64,000 nt of DNA from Polyangiales bacterium (GTDB lineage Bacteria; Myxococcota_A; Polyangia; Polyangiales; Polyangiaceae): positions 544,001 to 608,000 of the forward strand of contig JBBRLQ010000002.1 of the NCBI GenBank assembly GCA_038231275.1. Reading direction: 5' to 3'. The translations under genes were made by a program, and so were the position numbers. Of this stretch, positions 30,031-40,871 are shown piece by piece. Position 1 is the first letter of the stretch. Each line of letters starts with the position of its first letter. A model generated the notes under the pieces. The model saw only the letters and a program-made list of their open reading frames with translations. It did no database searches and was not told the DNA's origin.

Positions 30031-31110
30031 ATGGATGTCCGCAAGCTCGGTCTGACTCTCGTCGCGTTCTCGGCAGTGGTGTACGGCGCGTGCGTCGATG
30101 ACTCGACCAACAACGGCGGCCCCGACGCGTCGGCACCGCTCGATGCTTCGGTCGACGTCACGACGGGCGGAGACACCGGAACGACCTCAGACGCCGCAGA
30201 CGCCGCCGGCGACGTGGCAGCGGACGTCGCCACCGCGGACGCAGGCGACGGTGGCGCGGGCAACGACGCCGCAGACGCCGCCGACGCCACCGACGCCGCG
30301 ACCGACGCGAAAGACGCGGCCGACACCGGTCCGGGCTTCGACGACGCGGGCTGCCCATTGCCGACGGGGGTCGTCGTCGATCCGGCAGATGCCGGTCTTC
30401 CGGCCACGGGTCTGGCGCTGTGGCTCCGCGCGGACATGGGCTTGGCGACGCTCGACGGCGGCGCGGTGTGCCGATGGGACGACATAAGCGGCAAGACGCA
30501 CCCGTTCGCGCCAGGGAGCGCAACCCCTCCGGCGCTCGACCCGACAGGCATCAAAGGAAAGCCTGGTGTGTCGTTCATCGGTCCCAACCACCACCTCTAC
30601 CGCCCCGACGTGATCGGCCTCGCCGCCACGTCAGGCCGAACCATCGCCGCGTTCGGACGCACGGTCGACACGACGCGCCGCTTCCAATACTTCGTCCAAG
30701 GCACGACCGGCAGCGCGGGCACGTATTTCGGGCTCGACGCCAACACGTTCAGCACAGCGGGGAGCCGCGAGGGCGTCTACGTGACGAACAACGCCTACGA
30801 CTCGAACGTCGCCACCTCGGCGAACCCGCGCAGCCACGTGTTTTCCATCAGCAGCTTCACGCCGGGCGGCGCCCTGCCAGGCGTCCTCGCCTACGCGGTC
30901 GACGGCGTCGACACGACGCTCACGCGAAACGCAGGCGGGCTCGGCAACGGAACGGTGGAGGATTTCTCCACCGCGAACGTGACGGCGATCGGCGCCGGCG
31001 TCGCTGGCTTTACCGGCGCGGAGCTCGGCGAGCTTCTCGTCTACGACCACGCCTTGACGCTGGCGGAGCGCCTCGCCGTCTCGCAGTACTTCGCGGCTCG
31101 GTATCCCTGA
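30031..31110 (+). CDS. Lipoprotein with DA-rich linker and LamG/ConA-like domain
   Basis: YGAC lipobox; LALWLRAD...WDDISG...GELLVYDHALT...YFAARY. Confidence 0.75.
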   Translation: MDVRKLGLTLVAFSAVVYGACVDDSTNNGGPDASAPLDASVDVTTGGDTGTTSDAADAAGDVAADVATADAGDGGAGNDAADAADATDAATDAKDAADTGPGFDDAGCPLPTGVVVDPADAGLPATGLALWLRADMGLATLDGGAVCRWDDISGKTHPFAPGSATPPALDPTGIKGKPGVSFIGPNHHLYRPDVIGLAATSGRTIAAFGRTVDTTRRFQYFVQGTTGSAGTYFGLDANTFSTAGSREGVYVTNNAYDSNVATSANPRSHVFSISSFTPGGALPGVLAYAVDGVDTTLTRNAGGLGNGTVEDFSTANVTAIGAGVAGFTGAELGELLVYDHALTLAERLAVSQYFAARYP

Positions 31111-31116
31111 GATCGT

Positions 31117-31449
31117 TCAGGGCTCGTCCCCGTCCTCGTCGGGCTCGGCGGTGACGAGGAGCGGCATCTCGTTCGCGCGCGCAAAATCCATGATCTGCGC
31201 GGCCTTCGTCTCGGCGATCTCGCGCGTGTACACGCCGGCGACGCCCTTGCCCTTCTCGTGGACGGCGAGCATGAACGTCAGCGCCGACGTCTCGCTCATA
31301 TGGAAAAACTGCTCGAGGACCATGACCACGAACCATTTGGTCGTATAGTCGTCGTTGTAAAAGACGACGCAGTAGCGGCGCGCGCGGGCGGTCTTGGGAT
31401 CGCGCTCGAGCACGACATCGCCGTCGTCGTCGTTCTCCCACGCGCTCAT
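31117..31449 (-). CDS. clpS: ATP-dependent Clp protease adaptor ClpS
   Basis: YCVVFYNDDYTT..FVV, MLAVHEKGKGVAGVYTREIAETK; ATGA overlap with upstream gene. Confidence 0.92.
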   Translation of the reverse strand: MSAWENDDDGDVVLERDPKTARARRYCVVFYNDDYTTKWFVVMVLEQFFHMSETSALTFMLAVHEKGKGVAGVYTREIAETKAAQIMDFARANEMPLLVTAEPDEDGDEP

Positions 31450-32513
31450 AGGACCATCTCCGCGACGAGGTGCCGCACGAGCTCGGCCGCGGGGAGCGTG
31501 CGCGCGAGCGGAGCGCCCTGCCCCGCCCATTGGGCGCCGAAGCCGAACTCGCTCTTCCGCTTCCCCGCCGCGTGCAGCGCTTTGCCAAGATCGTACGCGA
31601 TGGGATAGTCGGGGACGTCCCGCGGCGCCACGCCGGCTCCGAGCGCGGTGAATCGGTTTGCCAGGCAGCGCGCCGGTCGCCCGGAGATCACGCGCGTCAT
31701 CACGGTGTGATGCGCAGCGTCGCTCGCCATCGCCGCTCGGTAGCCGTCGTCGGCCTGCGACTCGGTCGTCGTGACGAAGGCCGTGCCGAGCTGCGCTGCG
31801 CTCGCGCCGAGACGAATCGCCGCCGCGACGCCCGCTCCATCCATGATGCCGCCGGCGGCGATCACCGGCACCGTCAGCGCCCGCGCGAGGATCCGCGTCA
31901 GCGCCAGTGTGCCGAGCCGATCGTCGGACGCGTCGGGATCGAAGACGCCGCGATGGCCGCCCGCTTCGTATCCTTGCGCGACGACCGCGTGCACTCCGGC
32001 GGCGACCAATGTCCGCGCCTCCGCGAGGCACGTCGCCGAGCCGAGGAGCACGATCCCCGCGTCGCGCAGCGCCCGCATGCGATCCGGCGCCGGCACGCCG
32101 AGGTGAAAGCTCACGACCTTCGGACGCTCCGCCACGAGCGCCGCGAGCATGTCGTCGTCGACGAGGAAGCTCCTGCAAATCTCGGAGAGCGACTCCGGCG
32201 CCGGTGCACCCAAGCGGTCGAGCTCAGGGCGGAGCCGGGCGATCCACGCCGCCTCGCGCGCCGCGTCCGCCTTCGCCGGCGAATGGCAAAAGACGTTCAC
32301 GTTGAAGGGCCGGCTCGAGCGTGCGCGGACCGCGGCGATCATCTCGCGCGCGGCCGCCGCGTTCGTTGCGCCGATGCCGATCGCGCCGAGCGCTCCAGAA
32401 TCGGCCACCGCCGCCGCCATCGCTGGCGTGGACACACCGGCCATCGGGGCCTGAAGGATGGGATGCTCGATCGCCAAGAGACGAAGGAGCGCGTTCGGAG
32501 AGGACGGCGGCAT
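31446..32513 (-). CDS. Nitronate monooxygenase (class I-like)
   Basis: PILQAPMAG, EAGGHRG, AAGGIMDG, ISGRPARCLAN, WAGQG. Confidence 0.9.
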   Translation of the reverse strand: MPPSSPNALLRLLAIEHPILQAPMAGVSTPAMAAAVADSGALGAIGIGATNAAAAREMIAAVRARSSRPFNVNVFCHSPAKADAAREAAWIARLRPELDRLGAPAPESLSEICRSFLVDDDMLAALVAERPKVVSFHLGVPAPDRMRALRDAGIVLLGSATCLAEARTLVAAGVHAVVAQGYEAGGHRGVFDPDASDDRLGTLALTRILARALTVPVIAAGGIMDGAGVAAAIRLGASAAQLGTAFVTTTESQADDGYRAAMASDAAHHTVMTRVISGRPARCLANRFTALGAGVAPRDVPDYPIAYDLGKALHAAGKRKSEFGFGAQWAGQGAPLARTLPAAELVRHLVAEMVL

Positions 32514-32611
32514 TGGCGCGGCTCTCAATTTACCCGACGGACGGGACGTCGGCGAGGCTCCCGATGGGGCTGGCTGGCGGGAGCGGGGTCAGCGTACTGT
32601 GGCGGGCTCGC

Positions 32612-34099
32612 GTGTCGGATTCGAAGAAGGCGATCGTCATCGGTGCCGGAGGCGCCGGTCTCGCCGCGCTTCACGCCATGACGCAGGCGGGGTTCGACGC
32701 GGTCGCGCTCGAGCAGAACGGGGAAATCGGCGGCGTTTGGGCGACGACGCGCTACCCCGGGCTGACGATTCATTCCAAGTCGTTCAACTACCGATTCCAC
32801 GACTTCCGTCCGGTCGCGAGCGTGGGACCGAGCGCCACTCGAGAAGAGATCGGCGCCTACTTCGCCGACTACGCGCACGAGAAGGGCATCGCCGGAAAAA
32901 TCGTCCGCCGCCGCCGCGTCGATCGCATCGTGCACCGGCCGGGCCTGGAGTCGGGTAGGTGCCTAGTCCTCGCGAACGACGCGCGCAGCGGCGAAGCGAC
33001 CGAGCACGTGTGCGACGTGGTCGTGTGCGCGACGGGGTTCGCGAACGCAGGCCGCCCGCACGTGCCGCGATTCGCGGGCCAGGCAACGTCACGCGTCAAG
33101 GTCCTCCACTCCAGCGATCTCTCGCCGGAGATCCTCGACGACATCGTGACGCACCGGCGAAAGGTCGTCGTCCTCGGCGCCGGCAAGTCGGCGCACGAGA
33201 TCCTCTGGCTCTTTCGCGAGACGGATCTCGTGGCCGATCTCACGTGGGTCTACGTGAAGAGCCTGTGGTCGATTCGGTACGAGACGCTCTACGCGTCGTC
33301 GGCCATTCCGTGGAACGTGCCCCTTTACGTCTACTACCTCGCCCTCGCCCGGCTCCGGCGCCGCGTCGGCTTCGGCCTCCCGATGAAGGTGCTTCAGGCG
33401 CCGCTCCGGTGGTCGGGGCTCCTCGTCAACCCGCTCGAGCCGCGATCCGACGTGTGCGTGAACCGCACCGCCATCATGAGAGACGAGCAGCTCGCGTACT
33501 TGAAGACGCTGCGCAGTGTGAAGGCCGAGGTGACGGGACTCGGCGAGCGCACCGTAAAGCTCTCGAACGGCGACGAAATCGATGCGGACTACCTCGTCTC
33601 TGCCACCGGCTACGACCGCACTCTCGGTCTCCCGTCGCTGGAGATCGAGGGGCCGGACGGGACGTCGAGGTCCCACGCCCTCACCGACCAGCACGGCTTT
33701 TACCACCAGATGGTCGACCTCGCGGTTCGGGACGTCTCCGTCCTCGCGGCGAACGTCCTCTATCCGCAGCAGCTACTCGGTTACTCGCTCGGCGCGCAAT
33801 GGCTCGCGCGCTTTCACGCGGGCCGGCTGGCGCGTCCGCCGACCCACGGCGAAATGACCGCGTCGCTCGCGCGCGACGTCGCCAAGTTCTCGGCCTGGGG
33901 ATCCTCGGAGTACCTGAGCCGCGGTCAACCCTATGCGCACGAGCGCAACGAGGACGTGCTGCCGCGCCTGTTCGAGCAGATGGGGCTGGCGCCGGGTCTC
34001 GCGCGATCGCTCGTCACGAGCGGCGCGAACGAGCGGAAGTTCTCGGACCTCTGCGACACCGTCACGCGGCAGCTTGATCAGCGCGGGCGCGGCATGTAG
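32612..34099 (+). CDS. Class B flavin-containing monooxygenase
   Basis: GAGGAG, GGVW, CATG, F.G......LHSSD, GAGKSA, second ATGY. Confidence 0.85.
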   Translation: MSDSKKAIVIGAGGAGLAALHAMTQAGFDAVALEQNGEIGGVWATTRYPGLTIHSKSFNYRFHDFRPVASVGPSATREEIGAYFADYAHEKGIAGKIVRRRRVDRIVHRPGLESGRCLVLANDARSGEATEHVCDVVVCATGFANAGRPHVPRFAGQATSRVKVLHSSDLSPEILDDIVTHRRKVVVLGAGKSAHEILWLFRETDLVADLTWVYVKSLWSIRYETLYASSAIPWNVPLYVYYLALARLRRRVGFGLPMKVLQAPLRWSGLLVNPLEPRSDVCVNRTAIMRDEQLAYLKTLRSVKAEVTGLGERTVKLSNGDEIDADYLVSATGYDRTLGLPSLEIEGPDGTSRSHALTDQHGFYHQMVDLAVRDVSVLAANVLYPQQLLGYSLGAQWLARFHAGRLARPPTHGEMTASLARDVAKFSAWGSSEYLSRGQPYAHERNEDVLPRLFEQMGLAPGLARSLVTSGANERKFSDLCDTVTRQLDQRGRGM

Positions 34100-37000
34100 C
34101 CGCGGACGACGAACCGCTCGACGTAACGCCGCACCAGCGCTTCGTCGACGGGCGGACAGGCGATCCCGGTTCCTTCGAGGGCGCACGCGGTCCGCGCCTC
34201 GTCGTATGTGGGGAGATGGAGCCAGTCGGTGTCCTCGTGGCCGACGAAGAGCGGCAAGAGCGGCGCGAGCGCGTTCCCCGTCGCCTCGGCGCGTTCCACG
34301 AGGACCGAGCGCCACTCCGCGTACGGCAGCTCCTCGAGCGGATACCCGAGGTCACGGATCCACGCGACGAGATCCGTCCACGGGACCGCGCGCGGGCCGA
34401 CGAGGTGATGGTTCCCCGACGACGGCGTCGACGTCAGCGCGATTCGGACGAGCGCGCTGCTCACGTAGTCGACCGGCGCCAGGTTGATCGGCGCGTCGAC
34501 GCGCGGCGCGAGACCGAGCTCCACGCAGCCCTTCATGAGCGCACAGACGAAGTCGTCGGGGTTGAACGCGCCGGAGGACGAGTGACCGGAGATGGTGCCA
34601 GGTCGATAGATCGTCGCGTCGAGGCCGCGCTGCCGTGCCTGCACGACGAGCTCCTCCGCCACCCACTTCGCGCGCATGTAGCCGAGCGGCAGTCGCTCGG
34701 GCTGGTCGGCGCGTGCGTCCTCGAGGACGGCGCCGTGACGGCCGAGCCCGCCGGGAAAGACGCCGATCGTCGACACATGGTGGAGACGCGCGCCCGCAGC
34801 AGCTGCGAGCCGCAGCACCTCCTCCGTGCCGCCCACGTTGCTCGCCTCGAGCGCCTCGTACGGGAAGACGAAATTCACCGAAGCGCCGCTGTGAAAAATG
34901 GTGTCGACGGTTCCCGAGAGCCGGTCGAACGCCAGAGGCTCGAGGCCGAACCGCGCCTTCGAGAGATCGCCGGGCACACACGCGACGCGCGCGGCGAGCT
35001 TCAACGCAGGGAGATCGTAGCGGGAGAGGATGCCCTCGAGGCGCCGAATGCCCTCGCTCGCGGTCCGCGCGCGGACGAGGCAGTGGACCGTCGCGTCGGT
35101 GCGCTCGAGCAGCTCGGCGAGCACGAACGCGCCGAGGAATCCTGTCGCGCCGGTGAGGAAGATCGCGCGAGGTGGGGTAGCGACGTGCGGCCTGAACGTG
35201 ATCGACTCGTCGAGGCGCGCCCTCTCGCGGAGCGAGAGAGGCACGTTCGTAGGCGACGGCAGGCTCTCTCCACCCAGCCGCGCCGACAGCTCCGCCGCGA
35301 GCTCGCGGATCGTGGGGCCGCGGAGGAGCCGCTCGGTCGGCAGCTCGATCTTCAGGTCCTCCGCCATCTTCGACTGGAGCTCGAGCGCGGTCAGCGAGTC
35401 GACGCCGAGGTCGATCAGCGATCGCTGCGGCGAAATCGGCTCGGGATCGTGAAGCACGGCGCCGGCGATCGTGCACAGATACGCCTCGAGCGCGGCGATG
35501 CGCTCGGGTGCCGTGCGGGATTGCAGCTTTGCGGCGAGCGCGCCGTCCGCTCGCGCCGCGGCGGGCTCGCCGAGCGGCACGAGGCGGGGCATGGACTTCG
35601 CGTGCGGATAGAACGAGGCCCACCGTCGCGCGTCGAAGGTCACTACGCCCACGGTCGGCGGTGCATCGACGGCGAGAACGTTTTCGAGGAGATCCGTGGC
35701 GTGCCGAACCGCGAGGCTCGAGACGCCGCGATCCGCGAGCTGCGCCACGGCCTTGGCGCCTGCGTTCGCAGCCATGCCGGTGTCCTCGATCACGGTCCAC
35801 GCGATGCTCGTCGCAGCCAAACCGCGCGCGCGCCGGTGCTCCGCGAGCGCGTCGAGGTACGCGTTGCCGGCGGCGTACGCGCTCTGACCCGGCATCCCGA
35901 GCAGCGTCGCCACCGACGAGTACATCACGAAGAAGTCGAGCGGCTGCGACGCCAGGAGCTCGTGGAGGTTTCGGGCGCCCGCCACCTTCGCGGCGTTCGA
36001 CGCGTCGAGCTGCTCGGGGTCGATCGCGGAGATCATGGCGGGCGACATCACGCCGGCCGCGTGGATGACGCCGCAGACGGGATGCTTGCGCACCACCGCT
36101 TCGAGCGCGTCGCGATCGGCCACGTCGGCGCGCTCGACCACCACGGTCGCCCCTCGAGCGGTCATCTCGGCGACCGCGGCGCGCGCCTCGTCCGTGGCGA
36201 CGCCGCGGCGGCCCACGAGTACGACTGTCTTCGCGCCGCGTTCGACGAGGCGCCGCGCCGCCGCGAGGCCCAAGCCGCCGAGGCCTCCCGTCACGAGGTA
36301 GGCCCCCTCACTGCGCAGCCGGAGGCGCGACGTCGGCGAAGGGAGCGGTTTGCGCTCGAGACGCGCGACGTACCGATCCGCTCCGCGAAGCGCCACCTCG
36401 AGCTCGCCGTCGTCGGACGACAGCTCGGCGAACAGCATGTCCGCATCTGCAGCGCGCTCGCCTCGCGCCAGATCGACGAGCGAGCAGCGAAGCCTAGGGA
36501 GCTCGTTCACGACGACGCGCCCAAATCCCCAGATCGTCGCGCCCGCGAGCGCCGACATGCTGGACTCGTCACCGACCACCTGCGCGCCTCGGGTGAGCAG
36601 CCACAGTCGCGGCTGCGCGGCCTCCCCCCGCCGCGCGAGCGCCTGAACGAGCCGCACCGTCGCGCCGAGATCGCCGTCGCAGAACTGGATGACGCCGGAC
36701 ACCGCATCGGAGGGCGCCAGCTCTCGGGCCATGCGCGCGCTGTGGCCGGCGCGCGCGAGCCGAAGGACGAGGGCCTTTGCGGTCGCGCCGCCGTCGCCGA
36801 GCACGAGCCACTCCCCCGGATCGTGCGGCGCCGACGACGGGCGGCCCGCGCGCATCCAGCTCGGCACGAGCACACCTTGCGGCAGCACGGTCGCGGCGTT
36901 CGGGGGCGCGAGATCGAGCCAGCTGTGCTCACGCTGCCACGGGTAGCTCCCGAGCGCGACGAAGCGCGCCTCCGCGTCGTCCAGGCGCTTCCAATCGACG

Positions 37001-38850
37001 TCGATGCCGAGGCAGTACAGCTCGCCGATCGCCTTCCGGATCGACGCGCGCTCGCCGAGCTCCGGCGCCCCCGACGCGATCACCGCGCCAGGGACGGCCG
37101 CGCGCGCGAGCACGTCGCGCAGCTCCTCGGTCAAGATGGGACGCGGGCTCAGCTCGACGAACACGGTGCCGTCCTCGCCGAGGCTGGCCGTCGCGGCCGA
37201 CAGATCGCGATGCGACGCATGGACGATCGCGTCCGGCACGACGCCGAGCTCGCGCCACACTTCGACGAGCGCGCGACCGCTCGCGGGATCGCACGCAGCC
37301 TCGTCGGGGAGGACGAAGACGAGCTTGTGCGCGCGACCCGGCACGACGCTGCCGGAGACGATCGACGCGATCTCTCTGGACGGCAGCACCACAATCGCGC
37401 GGCGGTGATCGTGATGGTCGCGGCGCGTCGCTGCGGTGTGGGCCAGGTCGACGAGCTCCACGACGGCGGACGCCAGGACCTCGCGGGTCCGATGTTCGAG
37501 CACGTCGAGCGCGGCGACGCTGCGCGCGGAGATGGGGATGAGCGACGCGCGTGGCGAGAGCTTCCTCGCGGTGGCCGGCGCGTCCGACGCGGCGAGGACG
37601 ATGTGCGCGTTGGTGCCGCCCATCCCGAACGAGCTCACCCCGGCAACGCGCTCGCCGTCGGGCCACGGCGCAGCCCGCGCCTGGACGTGGAGCCCACGCT
37701 CGTCGAGGCGCAGGTAGGGGTTCGGCGTCTCGAAGTTCAGGCTGGGCGCGAGCGTCCGGTGCTCGAGCGAAAGCACCGCCTTCATGAGACTCGCCACGCC
37801 CGCCGCCGACTCGAGGTGACCGAGATTCGTCTTCACCGAGCCGATCGCGCACGAGCGACCATGCACGCGCCCCTCGCCGACCACAGCGCCGAGCGCTGCC
37901 ACTTCGATGGGATCGCCGATGAGCGTGCCGGTGCCGTGCGCCTCGATGTAGGAGACGTCGCTCGGCGTCACGCCGGCGCGTCGGTACGCCGTGCGGAGCA
38001 CCTCTTCCTGTGACCACCGACTCGGCGACGTGAGCCCGTTCGAGCGTCCGTCCTGGTTCACCGCCGACCCACGAATGACGGCGTGGACGCGGTCGCCGTC
38101 GGCGAGGGCGCGCGACAGGCGCTTGAGCACGAGCAGCCCGACCCCCTCCCCTCGCACGATACCGCGGGCGCCCGCGTCGAACGCGCGGCACCGTCCATCC
38201 GTCGCGAGGAGCCCCGCGCGCCCGTAGAACACGTCCATCGTGCGATCGAGGATCACGTTCACGCCGCCGGCGATCGCGACGGGGCTCGACTCGTCGGCCA
38301 GGAGGCTCTGGCACGCCAGATGGACTGCGACGAGAGACGACGAGCACAATGTGTCGACGGAGAGGCTCGGCCCGCGCAAATCGAGGAGGAACGAGATCCG
38401 GTTCGATGCAATGGCGAGTGAGCATCCGGGTCCGAGCTGCGCGTCGATCTTGGAGAGATCCTGCGCGTGCCGCCGCGCGAAGTCCGCGTTCATGACGCCG
38501 ACGAAAACGCCGGTGGTGGTTCCCGAAAGCCCGGCGATCGGCTGACCGGCGTCCTCGAGCGCCTCCCACGCGACCTCCAGCAGCAGGCGCTGTTGCGGAT
38601 CCATTCGCGCCGCCTCGCGCGGCGAAATCCGAAAAAAACCGGCGTCGAAGCGATCCAGGCTTTCGAGGAAGCCACCGCGACGGCACGACGGCGCTTGCGC
38701 GACGAGCCACGGCGGCGGTTCGAGCTCCGGACGTTCCGCGGGCGGCTCACGAACGGCCTCGGCGCCGCGGACGAGGAGGTCCCAATACGCTGCCGGGCTC
38801 GGCGCGCCGGGGAATCGGCAGGCCATCCCTACGATAGCGACGGACTCCAT
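34078..38850 (-). CDS. Monomodular type I PKS: KS-(truncated AT)-KR-ACP-thioester reductase
   Basis: KS DTLCSSS/HGTGT/NLGH; KR VTGGLGGLG, SAYAAGN; ACP LGVDSL; R domain LTGATGFLG, GYMRAKWVAE. Confidence 0.92.
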   Translation of the reverse strand: MESVAIVGMACRFPGAPSPAAYWDLLVRGAEAVREPPAERPELEPPPWLVAQAPSCRRGGFLESLDRFDAGFFRISPREAARMDPQQRLLLEVAWEALEDAGQPIAGLSGTTTGVFVGVMNADFARRHAQDLSKIDAQLGPGCSLAIASNRISFLLDLRGPSLSVDTLCSSSLVAVHLACQSLLADESSPVAIAGGVNVILDRTMDVFYGRAGLLATDGRCRAFDAGARGIVRGEGVGLLVLKRLSRALADGDRVHAVIRGSAVNQDGRSNGLTSPSRWSQEEVLRTAYRRAGVTPSDVSYIEAHGTGTLIGDPIEVAALGAVVGEGRVHGRSCAIGSVKTNLGHLESAAGVASLMKAVLSLEHRTLAPSLNFETPNPYLRLDERGLHVQARAAPWPDGERVAGVSSFGMGGTNAHIVLAASDAPATARKLSPRASLIPISARSVAALDVLEHRTREVLASAVVELVDLAHTAATRRDHHDHRRAIVVLPSREIASIVSGSVVPGRAHKLVFVLPDEAACDPASGRALVEVWRELGVVPDAIVHASHRDLSAATASLGEDGTVFVELSPRPILTEELRDVLARAAVPGAVIASGAPELGERASIRKAIGELYCLGIDVDWKRLDDAEARFVALGSYPWQREHSWLDLAPPNAATVLPQGVLVPSWMRAGRPSSAPHDPGEWLVLGDGGATAKALVLRLARAGHSARMARELAPSDAVSGVIQFCDGDLGATVRLVQALARRGEAAQPRLWLLTRGAQVVGDESSMSALAGATIWGFGRVVVNELPRLRCSLVDLARGERAADADMLFAELSSDDGELEVALRGADRYVARLERKPLPSPTSRLRLRSEGAYLVTGGLGGLGLAAARRLVERGAKTVVLVGRRGVATDEARAAVAEMTARGATVVVERADVADRDALEAVVRKHPVCGVIHAAGVMSPAMISAIDPEQLDASNAAKVAGARNLHELLASQPLDFFVMYSSVATLLGMPGQSAYAAGNAYLDALAEHRRARGLAATSIAWTVIEDTGMAANAGAKAVAQLADRGVSSLAVRHATDLLENVLAVDAPPTVGVVTFDARRWASFYPHAKSMPRLVPLGEPAAARADGALAAKLQSRTAPERIAALEAYLCTIAGAVLHDPEPISPQRSLIDLGVDSLTALELQSKMAEDLKIELPTERLLRGPTIRELAAELSARLGGESLPSPTNVPLSLRERARLDESITFRPHVATPPRAIFLTGATGFLGAFVLAELLERTDATVHCLVRARTASEGIRRLEGILSRYDLPALKLAARVACVPGDLSKARFGLEPLAFDRLSGTVDTIFHSGASVNFVFPYEALEASNVGGTEEVLRLAAAAGARLHHVSTIGVFPGGLGRHGAVLEDARADQPERLPLGYMRAKWVAEELVVQARQRGLDATIYRPGTISGHSSSGAFNPDDFVCALMKGCVELGLAPRVDAPINLAPVDYVSSALVRIALTSTPSSGNHHLVGPRAVPWTDLVAWIRDLGYPLEELPYAEWRSVLVERAEATGNALAPLLPLFVGHEDTDWLHLPTYDEARTACALEGTGIACPPVDEALVRRYVERFVVRGYMPRPR

Positions 38851-39098
38851 TATTTCGTGCTCACCGCCGCGGCGAGATGACGTGCGAGCGCTTCGATCGT
38901 GGAGTGATCCCAGAGGAGCGTCGGATCGAGGCTGAGCCCGAGCCACTTCTCGAGCACGCCGACGAGGTGCACGGCTTCGATCGACGCGATCTCGTAGCTC
39001 GCGAAGGGCTCGCGCACATCCACGCGCTCGATGGGAATGCGCGCGGCAGCGGCGACTTCCACGACGATGCGATCGCGGATCTCTTTCTCGGTGGGCAA
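38850..39098 (-). CDS. Stand-alone acyl carrier protein
   Basis: TTG start with GAGGAG RBS; PFASYEIASIEAV...LDPTLLWDHSTIEALARHL; TAATG overlap with PKS start. Confidence 0.85.
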   Translation of the reverse strand: MPTEKEIRDRIVVEVAAAARIPIERVDVREPFASYEIASIEAVHLVGVLEKWLGLSLDPTLLWDHSTIEALARHLAAAVSTK

Positions 39099-39100
39099 CG

Positions 39101-40765
<1,665 letters not shown>

Positions 40766-40871
40766 CAGCAGAAGACTCTACGCGGCGCCGCAGGCTCAGG
40801 CATCGGAAGGACTCCCCATATTGCGCGATGGGCCTCCCCACGTTGCCGTTTGTTGGTACCATTATCCCGAC

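Noticed and set aside
31446-32513. Nitronate monooxygenase acting as a trans enoyl reductase (FabK/PfaD-like) for the PKS
   Set aside because: Has NMO class I-type motifs, is coupled to clpS, and the PKS has no DH domain to make an enoyl substrate
34216-38013. 1265-aa ORF antisense to the PKS, and many other long antisense or alternate-frame ORFs
   Set aside because: Expected in high-GC DNA with few stop codons; no recognisable motifs
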